Made by a program: the position numbers and the translations under genes
Part shown: piece after piece, positions 57,391 through 64,000 of the stretch
How positions within the stretch are numbered: the first letter of the stretch is position 1
Layout of the letters: the number at the start of each line of letters is the position of its first letter
Notes under the pieces: generated by a model
Databases searched by the model: none
Told to the model about the DNA's origin: nothing
Seen by the model: the letters and a program-made list of their open reading frames with translations, nothing else
DNA from: the human T2T-CHM13v2.0 reference genome, Homo sapiens
DNA length: 64,000 nt
Assembly: GCF_009914755.1 (NCBI RefSeq)
Contig: NC_060926.1
Reading direction: 5' to 3' (one strand)

Positions 57391-58304
57391 TAAAAAAAAT
57401 GGAGCTTTTTCAAGTACAGTGTAGTCATGATCAACATCAAAACTCTTTGAGGGCCAGGGCGCGGTGGCTCATGCCTGTAATCCCAGCACTTTGGGAGGCG
57501 GAGGCGGGATAACTTGAGGCCAGGAGTTCGAGACCAGCCTGGCCAACATGGCAAAACCCATCTCTACTAAAAATACAAAAATTAGCTGGGTATGGTGGCA
57601 GGCACCTGTAATCCCAGACTTGGGAGGCTGAGGCACAAGAATCACTTGAACCCAGGAGGTACAGGTTGCAGTGAGCCCAGATGGTGCCACTGCACTCTAG
57701 CCTGGGTAGCAGAGGGAGACTCTGTCTCAAATAAAAAACAAACAAACACTGTGAGGGCCAGGGAAGCTTTGTGTCTATTTTTGTCTCTGTCTAAGATGGA
57801 TGATCACTGAGCTATAAATGAGTGAATGAACTGCAGAAATAGAGCTTCTCTTCAGTCTCATCAAGACTTTAGTCCTGTGTCCCTCAGTTTTCTCCGAATC
57901 CCTCAATCCCCACACTGTCACCCCCACCTCTGCATCTTTTCCTAGCCAGCCTTGAACCCTTGACTTACTATTTAAACACAGTTTTGTCAGTACCTGTGAT
58001 GCCCTTGGCCTTTTGTCTATCTATTGTGTCACCTGCCTGGGTAAAACCCAGACAGTGATCAATGTGACTCCTTCTTCTCCGTGCACCTACCCCACCCGGG
58101 GGGTCTCAAGCCTCAGCTGGGCCCGCAGGGCCATTGGATAAGGGAAAATGCCCCAGTCTGCCCCCTTTCCACCACTCTCCAGGGGCACGTTAGATGCTCC
58201 AGGTGTGCCCATGAACTTCCTCGCATGGGAGAGGGTCCACCGTCCAGCCTCTGTGGATAGCTCCACTCGAAAGCTTCTTGTGGGCCAAAAATCTAGCTCA
58301 GCAA

Positions 58305-58906
<602 letters not shown>

Positions 58907-59329
58907 TGAACCCGGTATGGGGTCCAAAGAACCTCCCCATCCTTACCGTGCCACCCAGGAGATCCGGCTTTGCCTGTGTGCTTTCTGCCTTCTCCTCTCC
59001 TAGTTAAGGAACTCGGTCATTTTAATCAAGTACTCTGATTCTTTCGTTCTCCAAGCCCTTTCCCAAGTTGTATCTTTCCAGTCCATTTTATCTCAACTTC
59101 TGGCTGAAGAGGAAACCACTCGTGTTGGTTTCCCACGTTGTTTTCCCCTTGCTCCTAGATTTTCCACCAAGAAATGTAGATGGTTTTTGTAGATAAGTCC
59201 TCACAGGTGGGAAAAGAGAATTCAATTCCTGTCTCATGTATTCAGATCATTTTGCCAGCGATGTCTGTGTGGCCCCAGGCATGGTGTGCCAGGGCTCTGA
59301 GCCCATTTCTCTGTGATTCTCCCGACGCT

Positions 59330-59700
59330 GCCCTCTTCTTTGACCTTCATCCTCCAGCAGGTGGCTAAATGACTGCCCCTGCTCCTGGCGTCTCACCCAC
59401 ACTTGACAACATCCAGAAGGAAGAGGCTGTGGTTTCCTGGGGTCTCTTGTAAGGGTCAGGAAATCTTTCCCAAGACTCTTCTCTCATATCTCATTGGCCA
59501 AAACTGGGTCACATGTCCACTGTAAACCAATCCCAAGCCAGAAGAATTAGATGATCGTAGTGAATCAGGCCAATCAAGAATCGTACCCTGGAGCCGGCCT
59601 CCTCTGAGCATACCGCCTGGTGGAAGATGGTGGTCCCTGAACAATAGTTGGCGGCTTTTATCCAGGAAGAAGGGGTGTGTGGCTGTTGGATGGGCCCCCG
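59330..59700. mobile_element. MLT1-type MaLR LTR fragment
   Basis: tctcattggccaaaactgggtcacatg...aaccaatc motif; boundaries approximate. Confidence 0.55.
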
Positions 59701-59860
59701 AAGGCTGGCTACAGTCTCACATCACCCACTTCTCTACCTGCCCCCATCCTGCCCCTGTCCTTCCTGTTGCAGTGGAAGGGGTAGTTTGCTCCCATCTGAG
59801 GTTCACCACCTCTTACACCCTGGGTTTCATGGTTGGCCACCTTCTCAGGGGCCTCAGTCA

Positions 59861-60263
<403 letters not shown>

Positions 60264-61965
60264 CTACCCTCGACCCTATATCCTTTCTAGTTCTTCTTCC
60301 CTTGCAGCCAAACCTTTTGAAAGAGAAGAAACATGCCCTCTCTTCACCTGCCCTTGTCTCTCCCGTCCACTCTGCAGTCCCCCTCATCAGCTCCACAGTC
60401 AGGCTGCCTAACTGGTTCTCCCCTTGCCGATCCATTCTCCAGTTTGCTGCTGGCATGAGCTAAATCTCAGTGCTCCCTTCTATAAAATGGGCTGCATTCC
60501 TGTCTCATTGAGTTGCTGTGAGGATTAAGTGAAACCATGTGGTCAAAGTGCTTAGCTTGGCCCCTGATACATGATAAGCACTCGAAATGCTATTTAATTC
60601 TTCCAAAAGCTATTTCTCTATTTAGCTTTCCTAAATACTGTTTAATTCAAGTCTTTCATCCTGCTTAAAACGCTTCAACGTCTTCTGAGGTTCTTTAGGG
60701 CCACGTCCTATGAGACCATTTCAGCAGCAGCAGCCTGCATCCCCATTCAGTGGCATGGTGAAGCCATTGGCAGTTCCAGAAGCATTCTCGGGGCCCCGGG
60801 CTTCGTATACATTTTGCTCAGAGAGCATGCCCTCAACCGTCCCCTGTCCTCTGGCTATGCCATTTGTCCACCAGGTAGAGCCTCCTCTGAAAGCAAGAGC
60901 CTTCCCTCTCTCCTTCCCTCCTCAGTGCCCTCCCCTCAGGCTTCCTCCCCACCAGCCTTTGCCCTGGCATTTATTCCAGGGGCACAATTGCCAGTTCACT
61001 TGCTGGGCTCCCAACCAAAGAGCAGGGACCTTGGGGACCAAGGGGATGTCTTCTTCGGTTTTTATTTTCAGTAGCCAGCAGCTGCTGGGGCCTCTGTAAC
61101 CGTGTGTGGGATAGATGAAAGCAGTATTTGCCTAATTGACAGGCGAAGTCTAGCAAAGGAGACAGGCTCCTGCAAGAGCACCCAGAACACAGTGTGCTGC
61201 ACACTGAGGTGTGGTCGCAGGCCACATGCTCCCGGGGCACCAAAAGCCAGGGGGTGCTGGGCAAAGGGAGAGATGGGGACCGTGAGGTGTCCCCTGAAGC
61301 GTGGGTAGGATTTCCCCCAGGTGAAAGTGCAGCAGAAGGGCCTTCCTTACCGTGGAAACAATAGGAACAGAGGCACAAATCTGTGGTGTTTGGGGGAGCT
61401 GTGGCAGAGCCGCTGTGGCCAGAGCCCAGGGAAGAGTGGAGCTGTTAGAGAGGATGCTCTCAGGGTGGCCACGCACAAGGCGCTGGGGTTTATTCCACAG
61501 AGAAGGAGTGAGCAGCCAGTAGACACTGAGCAGCAGAATAGCGAGGTCATAGTTACCATTCCTGCAAGGCAGCCTCCAAATTGGTTGATTTGGGGAGAAT
61601 TTTTTTTTTTTTGAGACAGGGTCTTACTCTGGAGACCAGTGAAGATCTCTTTACCCCCTTTGTGGGAGAGCAGGGTTGGAGTACAATGGTACGATCGTAG
61701 CTCACTGCAGCCTCAACCTCCTAGGCTCAAGTGATCCTCCTTCCTCAGCTTCCCAAGTAGTTGAGACTACAAGCAGGCACCACCTTGCCCGGGCTAATCT
61801 TTTTTTTTTTTTTTTTTTTTTGAGAGATGGCAGGGGACAGAGGAGGGGGTATCACTTTGTTGCCCTGGCTTGAACTCCTGACTTCAGGTGATCCTTCCCA
61901 CCTTGGTCTCTCAGTGTTGGGATTACAGGCATGAGCCACTGTACCTGGCCAGAGGAGAGTTTTTA

Positions 61966-62429
<464 letters not shown>

Positions 62430-63283
62430 TCAGGGCTACCTCCCAGGAACTGTGATCCCCACTAGAGGGCTGTGCCAGCCGCAGGCCCAGCCACCATGCA
62501 GGCAAGGTGGGGACAAACATCTGGCCCACCTTGCCCAGAAGCCAGAAGACCAGGGAATCTACTAGGGCAACACGCCCTGGTCAGCCCCGCAGGGTGGATC
62601 TTGAGGGCAAGGCCAAGACACCCACAGTGTTTAGGAAGCTGGGACTCGCTGCAGCAACCAGCAGGTAGCAGTGTGTGTCCCGGTCAGCCCGCTGCTCACA
62701 GGTGCCAGGCTTCCACACCACCCAGGCTAGTGAGGCCTCCCAAACATGCTTAGCGCTGGGAGTATAAGGTTTCCTACGGAATCTTCTCTGTAAACCAGGG
62801 TTCTAGTGGTATTTGCTGGAAGTCACTTCAGCATCATTCATGCGAGTAACCTAGAGGGCACAGGGCTACGCTTCGGGACATCTGATATGGGTGAAAGGGG
62901 AGCGTATAGGAGAGGACTTAATGCCAACAAAAATGATTTAGGCCGTTCCTGGAATTCAAAATATTCATTCGAAGAAGGGGGCCAGCCAAGGGGGCCACAC
63001 TCAATGAAAGAGTGTACTCTCATTCATTGGTGCACTTGGCAAACACTGAATCCCTGTGTGTCCTAGACTCTGCAGTAGATGCTTAAAGATGTGCAGAGAC
63101 TCCAGATTACTACCACCAAGCCACAGTCCTATGGATTAAAGTGCTGAGGGCTGGGAAACCCAACCCTGCTCTCCCATAAGTGGGTAGAGACCTTCGTTGC
63201 CAGGGGCAGGACAGGGCCAGGGCCTGTGGGCCCAGATGATGGCCATCCCCTTCCCACCCAGCTCCCTCAGTGCGTGGCTTTAG

Positions 63284-63691
<408 letters not shown>

Positions 63692-63741
63692 TGACAAAGA
63701 GGGGCTACCTTTCATTCCACAGCTGGAAATAAAAGATTTAA

Positions 63742-63909
<168 letters not shown>

Positions 63910-64000
63910 TGAGTAGCTGGGACTACAGGCGCGTGCCACCACGCCCAGCTAATTTTTATATTTTTTTTTAGTAGAGACAGGGTTTCACCATATTGGCCAG

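Overview
Human (Alu-rich primate) genomic DNA from the ATG16L1-SAG locus (2q37.1). The + strand carries nearly all of ATG16L1: the last 25 nt of coding exon 1, exons 2-18 with GT-AG boundaries read directly from the sequence (stop at 42432-42434), a 51-nt gamma-isoform cassette exon, and a ~1.3-kb 3'UTR with AATAAA at 43724. Codon 300 is ACT (Thr300, the non-risk allele of the Crohn's disease T300A variant). Introns 9 and 12 host two paralogous composite box C/D-H/ACA Cajal-body RNAs, SCARNA5 (U87) and SCARNA6 (U88). After ~12 kb of Alu-dense intergenic DNA come the photoreceptor promoter, non-coding exon 1 and first coding exon of SAG (rod arrestin). The rest is ~45 Alus, an ERV1-type solo LTR, L1/L2/MIR fragments and DNA-transposon fossils. 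Almost all ORF-track entries are Alu-derived or spurious. I found no wholly new gene. The best leads are untested hypotheses built on exon-phase arithmetic and motif placement: a possible scaRNA-capped lncRNA if exons 10-12 are skipped, a stop-free 432-nt exon 3-5 circle, a poison donor overlapped by an RBFOX motif, a divergent SCARNA6 guide, and several templated micro-rearrangements.
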